64,000 nt of DNA from Macrostomum lignano (taxonomy: Eukaryota). The position numbers and the translations under genes were made by a program. Positions 25,201-45,975 of this stretch are shown here, one piece after another (within the stretch, counting starts at the first letter, position 1; every line of letters starts with the position of its first letter). The notes under the pieces were generated by a model that was not told the origin of the DNA, made no database searches, and worked only from the letters and a program-made list of their open reading frames with translations. The stretch covers positions 310,001 to 374,000 of the forward strand of contig NIVC01000121.1 in assembly GCA_002269645.1 (NCBI GenBank), read 5' to 3'.

Positions 25201-26881
25201 AGCACATTTGCGTGCAAACTACTTTCGGTTCAGTAGTTAAAATAATTTAAACAGAAGTATTTTACTGTATTTTAAAGCCAAGGCTCAACTATTGGCTTTT
25301 AACCCCGCCCTCCCCCAGCTTAAACCCTCCAGCCGCGCCTTTCCACATTCACCCCCTCAGCAGTGGACTGGCTAATGTACATTATGGCTGAACCAATTAG
25401 CAAGTTGTTTACTTGCCTGCAAGCTTGGGCTTCTAAACTTATCAAAGTCCCCCCACCCCGCCCAAATTTTTATTGCCCTTCTCGGAATTCCAATCTAAAG
25501 CTGCCACGTACATTTCAGTGGACTGGCCAATGTACAGTATTGCTGAATCAATTAGCAAGTTGTTTACTCGCTTGCAAGCTTGGGCTTCTAAACTTATCAA
25601 AGTCCCCCCGCCCCGCCCAAATTTTTATTGCCCTTCTCGGAATTCCAGTCTAAAGCTGCCACGTACATTTCAGTGGACTGGCCAATGTACATTATGGCTG
25701 AATCAATTAGCAAGTTGTTTACTCGCTTGCAAGCTTGGGCTTCTAAACTTATCAAAGTCCCCCCCGCCCCGCTCAAATTTTTATTGCCTTTCTCGGGATT
25801 CCAGTCTAAAGCTGCCACGTACACTTCAGTGGACTGGCCAATGTACATGATGGCTGAACCAATTAGCAAGTTGTTTACGCCTGCAAGCTTGCACTTCAAA
25901 ACTTATCAAATTCATTTCAGCCGACCCTTTATTTTTATAAAATAGCTTATGTATTCTTCTTTGCTACTGAACTGGAAGTAGGAAGCTGTTTTACTAAGTA
26001 TATATGCCTGAGTGGCCCATCTAGTTTATTTATCAAAGTCAAAGGCCGCGCGCTGTACACCCAGTGTGAGCATGTGCATGAATGCGTGCCTGCGCACAGT
26101 ATTGGCTCACCTGTACGGGTTAATCTGCGGGAAGAACTGCCGCATGAAAGCGCGCATCACGGCTTCGCACTCTGTTCGTCGCAGTTCAAATGTTTTGCCT
26201 TTCTGCCTGACGTTCTGCGTTCTCTTATTGCAGTCTTGTATTTCGAAATCGTACATAAACACGCGCAGATCGTCGGAAAACTTGAAATTAAAATGATTAG
26301 CATATAGGGCTATTTTTCGACCTTTAGTTCCGCCGCGATCCGGCCTGGACGGCAGCTGCCGGCGACGCTGATCACTCACTGCGGACACGGTGACCGGGAG
26401 GAACTCCTTGGCTGGTAGTGCCGCCGCGCCTTCAACTGTGCCAGTTGCGCCTTCAACTTCAAGGCTAAGCTCGGATACTTCGCGTTCGATTTGGGATGTT
26501 TCCGCTTCTGGACGACTTGGCGGTGGCTGTTGAGGCTGCTGTCGCCATGCCTGTTGCTTCTTCTGCTGCTGCGGCTGTTGCTGCCGCTGTTGCTGCTGTG
26601 GTGGTTGCTGCGGCTGTTGCTGCCGCTGTTGCTGCGGCTGTTGCTGCCGCTGTTGCTGCTGTGGTGGTTGCTGCGGCTGTTGCTGCTGTGGTGGTTGCTG
26701 CGGCTGTTGCTGCCGCTGTTGCTGCGGCTGTTGCTGCTGTGGTGGTTGCTGCGGCTGTTGCTGCCGCTGTTGCTGCTGTGGTGGTTGCTGCGGCTGTTGC
26801 TGCTGTGGTGGTTGCTGCGGCTGTTGCTGTCGCTGTTGCTGCTGCGGCTGCTGCGGTGGTTGCTGCTGCGGTGGTTGCTGC

Positions 26882-26913
<32 letters not shown>

Positions 26914-27003
26914 TTGTGGGAAACCAGGAGCTTCCTGCGAAGGGCCGCCCTGATTGCCGCCGCGACCTCGGCCACGTCCGCGAGATTTAGATTTAGCCGG
27001 CAT
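16282..27003 (-). CDS. ago: Argonaute (AGO clade, divergent, predicted slicer); exons 27003-26111, 25077-24654, 23339-22662, 21919-21341, 18697-18176, 16473-16282; 1095 aa
   Basis: N domain (LYANHF, YIYDGR); PAZ ([21 protein letters not shown]...LLPVELC); MID ([14 protein letters not shown]); PIWI ([50 protein letters not shown]). All five GT-AG junctions keep the frame (total 3288 nt). Confidence 0.93.
16605..18155. repeat. About 22-bp minisatellite (ACCTAGTCACATTCACAACACA)n filling Argonaute intron 5
   Basis: Tandem units with 17-22-bp length variants. Confidence 0.95.
18780..21014. mobile_element. Non-autonomous DNA transposon (about 2.2 kb) with 28-bp TIRs and TGTCAC/GTGACA subterminal repeats, in Argonaute intron 4
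   Basis: Left CCGTATAAAAGTGGGACTGTCACATTTT versus right AAAATGTGAGAGTCCCACTTTTATACGG (1 mismatch); inverted subterminal blocks; internal 50-52-bp tandem array at about 19690-20830. Confidence 0.85.
21017..21278. repeat. About 23-bp minisatellite (CTCATCTAGTCTCTCCTGTCTCA)n
   Basis: Tandem units; a partial unit also lies left of the TIR element (about 18755-18778). Confidence 0.85.
22295..22450. repeat. 18-bp repeat (GCCAATCAGCGAGGGGGA)x8 carrying CCAAT boxes, in Argonaute intron 3
   Basis: Read directly; begins with the palindrome CGCTGATTGGC-TG-GCCAATCAGCG. Confidence 0.85.
23350..24240. repeat. 21-bp minisatellite (GATGAGGGATAGTAGAGTGTA)n in Argonaute intron 2
   Basis: About 42 units ending about 10 bp from the acceptor. 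Confidence 0.95.
24245..24535 (+). mobile_element. tRNA-derived CORE-type SINE, copy 2
   Basis: Colinear with and highly similar to 1993-2320 (AGCCTAGTGGTTAGAG...GGTTCGATTCTC...GTGTCCTTGAGCAAGACACTTAACTCTGC...GGTTGCACATCTG). Confidence 0.85.
25361..25910. repeat. 155-bp tandem repeat x about 3.5 in Argonaute intron 1
   Basis: CAGTGGACTGG anchors at 25361, 25516, 25671 and 25827. Confidence 0.9.
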
Positions 27004-29634
27004 TTTTTGCCAATAGCATTAACAGAATATTTTTTTAGTGTGGAAGGAAAAGAAAGAATAGCTACTTGGAACTCTAATAAAACAATGCAATAGCATTCCA
27101 TGCTTCGATTTATTGTTTATAGTCTATAATATACTTTCTGCCTCAGAAGGTGAAGGTTCCAATCCAGTTTGTGAGTTGGATATTTGATGACAAAAAATTT
27201 TGTTAATTTTGCCAAAAATGACTGACCACAATTATTAGCAGCAATGACAAAATATATTTATCTAACATTCAAAAAGCTCTACTTACTTAATGCTTATTTT
27301 TATAAAAAGCAAGAAAATTCAAAGACATTTCCATAATTGCAAGTTCTTATCATGTGTAGGGCTTTGTACTATTTAATAAAAACAAAAATACCAAGAGATA
27401 TCATCATTTTTGGTACTTCTGGGCTAATTTGTTGCCATAGTGATATATATTAGTATACAATAATGGTCAAATTATAAACCTTTATTTCTGTTAAAATTAC
27501 TTTTTTTAAAACTACCATAGTCTGGATCATACTTAGTGCATGCTAGAATGCTGTAAATCAATGCACATGACACCAAATAAATGCATGCCAATACCATTTG
27601 CAGTTGAGACAATAAAGCCAAGGACCTTTTTGCAGTTTTTACTATGTGACATTCAATTATATTATAATTAAACTAATGATACAACCAACATGTACAATGT
27701 CTTACTAACAAACTGTTGATTTCTTTTTAATTATTTACTTTTATCTTACTTAATACCTTCTGAAAAACCACTCCTCTAATTTAGCCTTTATCATTAAAAC
27801 TTTTTGTGGCAAATAACTTTGAATGTTCATCTATCATATGCCTTACACTGATATACCATAATGCACATTGCACGCCATTTGTGCATGCTCACAACTACAC
27901 TTTCTTTCAGTTACATGCTGATATTTTCAAATGCATACCAAAAAATAAGAAAAACTATAACTAAAGAGGCCTAATAAATGTACCTTTTAAATAACTAATT
28001 GTTTAGTAAAAAATTAAAATATTGTATTGTATAATTAAATAATAAATGATATTTAAAACCATAGCCATTGGCATAGAATTCTTAAAACCTATTGACTTAA
28101 AAATCAATGATATAAATAAAGAAAACTATTTTTATACTATTCATCATACTTTTATATATTTATACTATAGCTATGCTAATACAGATAAAAAACAAAGGAA
28201 AATCAAATTAAATAGTTTTATACTCATTCTATTCCATACTTAATCTTACTTACAAAATAACAAACAATCCATTGGGCCTAAGCTATTTTTTTGTTTAGCT
28301 AGCATATGTGAAACTCCTATTGAATATATTTTGAATATTTAATAGGTCTTACTTTAGTTTATACCATGCAAGCCAGCTAGGCCTATTTAAATTCAAAACA
28401 CACTGCCTAAATAATTTATATTTTCGTTTCTTATTTCTTCAGTCTCTCTACGAGGAGCGTTGGGTAGATAAAGCAAAGAAGACCTAGCTCCATGGCATAT
28501 GCATATGCATTCGGTCGGACACAACTTACCACCTAAAAGACGAAGCTGGCAACTGATTTAAAACAGCGAAAGCGAAAAGCGAAAATAAAGATTTTCGCTT
28601 TTGAATTCTATTTTTAACTTTTATTTTGTAACCTATAAATGTAAGTGAAATAAAAATTTGCATATTGTAAAGCTTTTTAACAGCGTAAGACAAGTATGGT
28701 TAAAACTTTTCTTAAAATAGTTCAAAACAAAACTTGTTTAGGCTCCGGTTGAGCTCCCGAACCCAGTCCAATTTCTGGACACAAACACCTACGAAACAGC
28801 ATCGAAGATTTATTTTATACTTACAATTTATTTTATCTGCATTCTCCTGTCAATGCCAAAAATTTTTAAGCCTCGACAGTGGGCAAAGCCTCGATCAACT
28901 GATGGACAATTAATATCAATATCCGGGAGCTGGCATTATGGATGGACACCCTGTTTCGCTGATCAAGCCTGTACAATGAAACTTGACAATGTCAGAAAAC
29001 CTCAACTGTTGGACATCCTCAGCTAGTCTCTCTCAAACATTCCATCATCACCCGGACGCCGTCGGCACCTTTCAGCAGACGACACCAAGCGCGTACACAT
29101 GTGTACTACGAACGTATATTACAATAAAAACAAAGGAAAACTAGCGCCATGTATGATAGCTACTACTCATGTACACTCGACGACATGTGGACGAAATTGT
29201 TTTTGTTCGTATTCTACTCTTTCTTGACTCATGCGGACTTGGGTAATATTTAATTAAATTACACTTCCAAATCTCTCTCGGGTGTCCATTAGTCACACGG
29301 TTTCGTCTTTTAAAGGTGTCGCCAACCAGGGTTGTCGGAACCGGGGCATGGGGGAGGCTGGAGCCTCCCTTCCTCAAGCGACAAGCCTTCTTTAATTTCC
29401 TTTCTTTAGCTCTGCCCGGCCCATCACCGCTTGGTTGTATAGGCCCCGTCACCCTCAATGGGGTATGTAGACACTCGTAGTTCATGTTGTTCTCAATCTT
29501 ATTCCACTACACTACAGCTTTTTTCTAATGTGCTTAAGCCTAGTAATATTAGTGTTTAGCACTTTTACTTTGGCGTCTCTGATACTAATTTCGAGTCTGC
29601 CGCAATCCCAAGACTTAAACCGCTGCTGGCGCTG

Positions 29635-31299
29635 TTGTTGTTGTTGTTGTTGTTGTTAGTGCTGAGACGTTTTCCACCTAGCCCGGTACCAGCCCCAGTA
29701 CATGTACGCCAGGGCTGCATCCGGATCTTCATTTAGCCAGCTCAATTCGGACGCTCCGTACTGCCGGCGCGTTCTCTCCGTGGCCGGGCAGGAGCAGATC
29801 ACGTGTTCAACCGTGTCGGCCTCCTCTCCACAGGCCGGGCAGGTGTCTTTATCGGTCTTCCCGATCCTATGGCGATAAGCCTCCAGCTCCAGCGAATGTC
29901 CGGTGCGGAGCCTCCGGAAGCTGACACCTTCCGCCCCGACATTGAGTCCTGGGGTGCCTCGCCGTGCCACTTCTCCCGCACGTGCGGATCGTGCGCTCGT
30001 GCCTCCAGCGTTAGTAGTCGCGCTCCTCCTCCCTCGCGTGGGCATACAGCCTCCTCCTGACACTGGCCAGCACACCGGCGCCCTCCTGGGCAAGGGCGGC
30101 AGCCGCGCCCGCAGCCTCGTCCGCTGCCTCGTTGCCAGTCAGGCCGCAGTGCACGGGGACGCAGCACAAGGTCACCTTCCTACTCTGGGCACATATGTCT
30201 TCCAAGAGCTGCTGTGCCCTAAGCGCCAGCGGGTTGCGGCCTGTGCCCTTGATGGCCATGAGCCCACTCTGGCTGTCCGACACCAAAAGAGCCGATCTCT
30301 TCACTGATCATGGGCCTGTAGCCACTCCAGCCCGCGGGTAATCGCCTTGAGCTCCGCTTGCAGCGAAGAGGCCGGCAAGCCAGCCGGTTCCTTGATGATG
30401 ATGGGGGCCGCTCTCTGCTCCCGCGGCTCATCTGTCTTCCAGATCACCACTCCGCTGCCTCCTCCCAGCTCCTGCACCGATCCGTCAGAGTAGATGGTGA
30501 CGTCAGGCTTTTGACACGCCTCACTGATGCGTTCCCCGGCAAGCTGCAGATTCTCCGCATCGCTGGATTTCCTGGTGTCCGCCTCGCACACCATGATCTT
30601 GGCCTTGGCTCGCCAGTCGCTCCAGGGCGCTCTGCTACTGGCGTCGGGAATGCGGCTGATCGTGTCTAAACTGGCGGCCGCTAGGCAAGCTCCGGCCTTC
30701 GCGCGCCATCCCTTCCGAGCCAGGCACTCATTTTAGCGCCGCAGGCACTCATTTTAGCGCCGCAGGTACTCATTTTAGCGCCGCAGGTAATCATTTTAGC
30801 GCCGCAGGTACTCATTTTAGCGCCGCAGGCACTCATTTTAGCGCCGCAGGCACTCATTTTAGCGCTGCAGGCACTCATTTTACCACCGCAGGCACTCATT
30901 TTAGCGCCGCAGGTACTCATTTTAGCGCCGCAGGCACTCATTTTAGCGCCGCAGGTACTCATTTTAGCGCCGCAGGTAATCATTTTAGCGCCGCAGGTAC
31001 TCATTTTAGCGCCGCAGGCACTCATTTTAACGCCGCAGGCACTCATTTTAGCGCCGCAGGTACTCATTTTAGCGCCGCAGGCACTCATTTTAGCGCCGCA
31101 GGTAATCATTTTAGCGCCGCAGGTAATCATTTTAGCGCCGCAGGCACTCATTTTAGCGCCGCAGGCACTCATTTTAGAGTCTCTGCCTTGGTGCTTCTTC
31201 CGCCAACAGCCTCCTGGGGGAGCCGGCGGGAAGCCCGAGCCATCGATCAAGGCGGGCCCCCCAGTTAGCCCCACACAGGCCACGGAGGTCGACAAGCCC
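29635..31299 (-). mobile_element. 5'-truncated, frameshifted non-LTR retrotransposon (RNase H plus C-terminal Cys/His motif; I/Ingi/Nimb-like), interrupted by a minisatellite
   Basis: RNase H motifs TIYSDGSV, SSLQAELKAI, VSDSQS, VPVHCGLTGNEAADEAA; CPACGEEADTVEHVICSCP; (CAA)n tail directly after the stop; 10-bp TSD GCTGGCGCTG at 29625-29634 and 31300-31309; split over three frames. Confidence 0.88.
30722..31177 (-). repeat. 21-bp minisatellite (CTAAAATGAGTGCCTGCGGCG)n inserted in the LINE; left arm of an inverted pair
   Basis: About 22 units; reverse complement of the array at 31553-32045. Confidence 0.95.
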
Positions 31300-31552
31300 G
31301 CTGGCGCTGCAATTAAAAATCACTAAAATGCCGTCAGATAAAAAATTAAAGAGACAGCGCCAAGAGGAACTGAAGGAGGCAGGCAAGAGATAAGTGGCGT
31401 AGGCAAGGGGGGATAAGGGGATGTATTCCCCTGTGGGGTTTTGGGGGTCTGGTGTGGGGGTATGAAAAAAATTAGTAGGTAAAAAAGAGAAGCAGAGTTA
31501 ACAAATGGTCTAATCCAAAAGATACTGATCTAAAAGAATAGCTATATAATAT

Positions 31553-32045
31553 GGACGGCGCTAAAATGAGTGCCTTCGGCGCTAAAATGAGTGCCTGCGG
31601 CGCTAAAATGAGTACCTGCGGCGCTAAAATGAGTACCTGCGGCGCTAAAATGAGTGCCTGCGGCGCTAAAATGAGTACCTGCGGCGCTAAAATGAGTGCC
31701 TGCGGTGGTAAAATGAGTGCCTGCAGCGCTAAAATGAGTGCCTGCGGCGCTAAAATGAGTGTCTGCGGCGCTAAAATGAGTGCCTGCGGCGCTAAAATGA
31801 GTGCCCGCAGCGCTAAAATGAGTGCCTGCGGCGCTAAAATGAATGCCCGCAGCGCTAAAATGAGTGTCTGCGGCGCTAAAATGAATGCCCGCAGCGCTAA
31901 AATGAGTGCCTGCGGCGCTAAAATGAATGCCCGCAGCGCTAAAATGAGTGTCTGCGGCGCTAAAATGAATGCCCGCAGCGCTAAAATGAGTGCCTGCGGC
32001 GCTAAAATGAGTGCCTGCGGCGCTAAAATGAATGCCTGCGGCGCC
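31553..32045 (+). repeat. 21-bp minisatellite (GGCGCTAAAATGAGTGCCTGC)n; right arm of the inverted pair
   Basis: About 23 units read directly. Confidence 0.95.
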
Positions 32046-33504
32046 AAAACTTTGTAGTACTCATACTTGTAGAACTATTAGGCAGGACAGTGGATGGTAC
32101 TTGTAATTTTTATTGAAGTTACCTTACGCAATACTAATAAGCAGTAGTCTCACCAGTTGTATACCCCCGTGAAAAGTTCTGACTACGCTTCTGCAGGGTA
32201 TCCAGAAAATGAACTGATTGGTCTTTCCCTTTGCAATTTTCATTCATTCGGGATATTTACTAAATAAATTGATAGTGCAGTACAGTTGCTCAATGTTTGA
32301 ATCAGTTGAAAATTCGAGAATTTTCAGACTTTTGGCCACTTTCAACACGGAATTGAATATTGGCCTTGAGGTTGGCTCATGTTCTTGAATTCCGTGTGCC
32401 TGCGTTGCTTTGCTCAGGCCAAGACAGAACCCAAGACAGAATTGATTTAATTACATTAGGTACCAGTCCCATAAAGCATTTCACACTGTACCAAAAAGCT
32501 CCTCACAATTAGGATAATCTACACAAATGTGCATGAAATCACAATGTAAACAAAAATTTGACATGACACAAAGTTTGATAAAATGAAAAAATAGAATATC
32601 AAGATTTTATTTTTGCTATTAAATTTATTATTAGTTGCTTCCGCAATTTTCAGTTTCCGGGGCAACAGGAAACAAAGCAAACAAAAATTATAAAGAAGCA
32701 TTGCGCGACAGTTATAAACCTGATTAAGCGGCCATTGAACAAGAAAAGGATATTTTGTTTTGACGATCGCAGTCTCGAGACCGCACTACTGGCAGTAGGA
32801 CGACGTATATTTAACGCGTAAAAGTTATGAGAACTTATTGAATGCCCTTCAAAAAATAATTTAGTAAGAGTTCTTAAAAGCCACTGTTTTTTTGAGAATA
32901 AAAGTTTTGAATTTTTTCTCTTTTGGGACTTTCCAAACGCTAGAAGACCTAGCTTGAAGACCTAGATTGCACAAACACACAAGCAAAGCTAATATAATGT
33001 TGAAGAGCAAACAAATAAAACTGTCAACATAACCATGTCGCAAGATTTATTAATTGATTGCACAATAACAAATCAGCTGTATTGATTCTGTCAATAGATC
33101 TAAAGTATATTATGAAAGAATGGGAGAGATTCACTAAACAAAAAAACAGGATAATTTTGTGTGTGCTCTTTTGAAAGATTTATTAAAAATACGCCTGCAA
33201 AAACACGGATGAACAAGAAAAGCCGTAGATTTCAGAAAGCTTTTATTACTAAACAAATTAAATAATAACTGAAAAAATAGCTATAATATGTGACGAGTAA
33301 AGATACCAGTAAATTTTGCGCGGAAAAACAGCTGGTCCACAAGTGCACTGTAGTAAAACAAAAAGTTATTAAAAAAAATTTATCTAACCAAAAAATTTTA
33401 AACTACAAACTAACAAAAGATTTGAATAAACTGTAGGCCTGAATATTGCACAAACTTCTATCACACTTTTCGCTTGAAACCTATTTGAGTCCGGAAACTT
33501 GTGT

Positions 33505-33990
33505 CCAGGGACAGAGTGAAAAGGGAGTGACGGGGGGGACAGAGCGACAAGGGAGTGACGCGGGGACAGAGTGACAAGGGAGTGACGCGGGGACAGAGTG
33601 ACAAGGAAGTGACGCGGGGACAGAGTGACAAGGGAGTGACGCGGGGACAGAGTGACAAGGGAGTGATACGGGGACAGAGTGACAAGGGAGTGACGCGGGG
33701 ACAGAGTGACAAGGGAGTGATACGGGGACAGAGTGACAAGGGAGTGACGTGGGGACAGAGTGACAAGGGAGTGACGTGGGGACAGAGTGACAAGGGAGTG
33801 ACGGGGACAGAGTGACAAGGGAGTGACGGGGACAGAGTGACAAGGGAGTGACGGGGACAGAATGACAAGGGAGTGAGGAGGACAGAGTGACAAGGGAGTG
33901 ACGGGGACAGAGTGACAAGGGAGTGAGGAGGACAGAGTGACAAGGGAGTGACGCGGAGACAGAGTGACAAGGGAGTGACGGAAACGGAGT
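33505..33990. repeat. 27-bp minisatellite (GGGGACAGAGTGACAAGGGAGTGACGC)n, block 1
   Basis: Tandem units. Confidence 0.95.
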
Positions 33991-34721
33991 GATAATAGAG
34001 TGGCGGGGGCAGATTGGAAGTGGGTGAAAATGATCGTAAACAACTGTGGTGCAACACTTTGACAACCTCCAAAGTCTCAGAATAAGTTTAACTTTTTGGA
34101 ACAAACGTTGCTTAGTTGTAAAAATATTTTTTTAAACGGTATAACAAACTTGAAGCTGGCAGCTGTGAAAGAATAGAAAAATTTTGGAACTTCAGATAAC
34201 TATATAATAAATAGTATATGTTACTCAAGGATAATAATAACTAAAAGGTTGCATTGTTTCTCAGAAGTTGAAAATAAAAGCGAAAACAGATATAAAGGCA
34301 AATAAGGCAGTAGTACTATTAGTAATAGAAAAGCGTACAAGCTTCGCTTTGCCATATTATTAATGGAATAATTTCCTTGTCCACGATGACGAGATTTTAC
34401 ACTTCAGACGCTAAACTGCCTACTGATTATGAAACATTAGTAGCATCAGTGGGACAGCTTGATAGAATATTTCGACAGCAGGGCAGAAGTTAATCAAACG
34501 ATAAAAATCTATTAATAAAGGCCGTTTACAACAATAAACCAGCTGATAACAAAAAAAATGAAATCAGGATTAGCGGCAGATCGATAAGCTGGGTTAGCCG
34601 GCAGCATGGGACAACTTAAGTAGATTAGGATGTGAAAATGTTGTTTAATAAAATTTGAAGGCTGGTTTTAGGCTCTAAACGGTGGTTTGCGTTCTGATTA
34701 TACTTAAATGGTTCCTTGTAA

Positions 34722-35938
34722 TGGAGTGACGCGGGACAGAGTGACAAGGGAGTGACGTGGGGACAGAGTGACAAGGGAGTGACGCGGGACAGAGTGACAA
34801 GGGAGTGACGTGGGGACAGAGTGACAAGGGAGTGACGCGGGGACAGAGTGACAAGGGAGTGACGCGGGGACAGAGTGACAAGGGAGTGACGTGGGGACAG
34901 AGTGACAAGGGAGTGACGCGGGGACAGAGTGACAAGGGAGTGACGTGGGGACAGAGTGACAAGGGAGTGACGTGGGGACAGAGTGAAAAGGGAGTGACGT
35001 GGGGACAGAGTGACAAGGGAGTGACGCGGGACAGAGTGACAAGGGAGTGACGCGGGACAGAGTGACAAGGGAGTGACGCGGGGACAGAGTGACAAGGGAG
35101 TGACGCGGGGACAGAGTGACAAGGGAGTGACGCGGGGACAGAGTGACAAGGGAGTGACGTGGGGACAGAGTGACAAGGGAGTGACGCGGGGACAGAGTGA
35201 CAAGGGAGTGACGTGGGGACAGAGTGACAAGGGAGTGACGCGGGGACAGAGTGACAAGGGAGTGACGCGGGGACAGAGTGACAAGGGAGTGACGCGGGGA
35301 CAGAGTGACAAGGGAGTGACGCGGGACAGAGTGACAAGGGAGTGACGTGGGGACAGAGTGACAAGGGAGTGACGCGGGGACAGAGTGACAAGGGAGTGAC
35401 GTGGGGACAGAGTGACAAGGGAGTGACGCGGGACAGAGTGACAAGGGAGTGACGCGGGGACAGAGTGACAAGGGAGTGACGTGGGGACAGAGTGACAAGG
35501 GAGTGACGCGGGGACAGAGTGACAAGGGAGTGACGTGGGGACAGAGTGACAAGGGAGTGACGTGGGGACAGAGTGACAAGGGAGTGACGTGGGGACAGAG
35601 TGACAAGGGAGTGACGCGGGGACAGAGTGACAAGGGAGTGACGCGGGGACAGAGTGACAAGGGAGTGACGCGGGACAGAGTGACAAGGGAGTGACGCGGG
35701 GACAGAGTGACAAGGGAGTGACGCGGGACAGAGTGACAAGGGAGTGACGCGGGGACAGAGTGACAAGGGAGTGACGCGGGGACAGAGTGACAAGGGAGTG
35801 ACGCGGGGACAGAGTGACAAGGGAGTGACGCGGGGACAGAGTGACAAGGGAGTGACGCGGGGACAGAGTGACAAGGGAGTGACGCGGGGACAGAGTGACA
35901 AGGGAGTGACGGGAAACAGAGTGACAAGGGAGTGACGA
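34722..35938. repeat. 27-bp minisatellite, block 2 (same unit and orientation as block 1)
   Basis: About 45 units with 26/27-bp variants. Confidence 0.95.
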
Positions 35939-36142
35939 CAGCTTAAAAAGAGATTTTGTTTCTTAGAAAACATTTGAAGGCCGGTTTTAAGCTTTTAAGG
36001 ATGGTTTCTGTTCTGATCTCACTCAAGTCGTCCCTAAATCTTCAGTTGAGGCAGAAAAATAAACAAACAAAGCAAAATAAAAAGACAGAAAGCGACACCG
36101 TTTATGCAATTGTAAATATGAGCGGTCTGGTATTGTTGCGCA

Positions 36143-44854
<8,712 letters not shown>

Positions 44855-45975
44855 TTTTATTGAATAATAATTTATAAGGACGCTTTAACAAATAGATGAC
44901 TTACTGCACATAGACGGCAGATAACTATTTAAAGGTCAAGTTACAGACCGACGCAATCACCCTAATTTCTTAGAAAATACATAAACTTGAACGACTAGTT
45001 GTTTGTTAATCTGATTGCATATGTTCTGGATAGCGATATCCACTGAATAAAATGTAAAAAAGAATATTTAAATATATTTAGTTTTTTTATACTAAAATAC
45101 TGCAAATAAATTAATCAACTGTCTCTATAGTGTAACCTTTTAAATTTTTATTTTCGTGCTCGAAAAAATAAGTTTCTTTGAAATACAGGTATCTAAAACT
45201 GCACTAGCTATCATTATTTTCATGATCATTAAGGAAATATAAACCTCTTAGACTTCTTAAATTTCTTTCGTTACGACTGCGATACATGTTTCTATTTCAG
45301 TTTTATGATTCGCTTCTTACCTATGGCTATGTTTTGGGATGAAATGTGGAATACTATATATAGTATGGTCGATATCGATCTATCCAGCATATTTCCATTT
45401 ATCATTATAGATTATTCCATTTATAATTATAATTCTTTCCATTTATAATATAATTATAGATTTTAAGTCTCCAGTATAGTATTGCTTTGCATAAATTTTT
45501 GACAATCAGTGTTTTATTTTAGCTTCTTAAGATAGGCTTAAGAAAGGAATGAAACATTCTATGTCATTTTAATGGTAATGCTCGAGAGAGGTGCTATTTT
45601 CTATTGCTACTGTTGTTACTATAGTTAAGTTCAATGATTTAAATTAAGGGAACTATATTCATGATTTTTTATGAGGATGTAGTATACTATCGATTAAAAA
45701 CCCAATAAGTAAGTCAAGTTTTTCATTTTAAGAGATTGATAACATAATATGTGACAATATTAAAACTTATAGAAAGTTTTTTCAATATTTTTTTCAAATA
45801 ATGTTACTATTACCAAACAGTTTTTTAAATATTCAATAAAACAAATTTATTTACAAAAAATGTTCAAGTTAATACTTTTAGTATTTTTGTTTTCGATTAT
45901 TGTATTAATCTTTTGTAATAATTATTTTTGAAATATTTAGAATTTTAATTAAAACTTTTCAAATTGAAACATTGC

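Noticed and set aside
26376-27101. Overlapping S/N/H-rich, poly-Leu and poly-Ala/Val ORFs
   Set aside because: They are alternative-frame and antisense shadows of the Argonaute Gln-rich repeat.
29141-29485. 114-aa ORF next to the LINE 3' end; also the 103-aa ORF at 13256-13567
   Set aside because: No recognisable homology or splice context; the first lies outside the LINE TSD.
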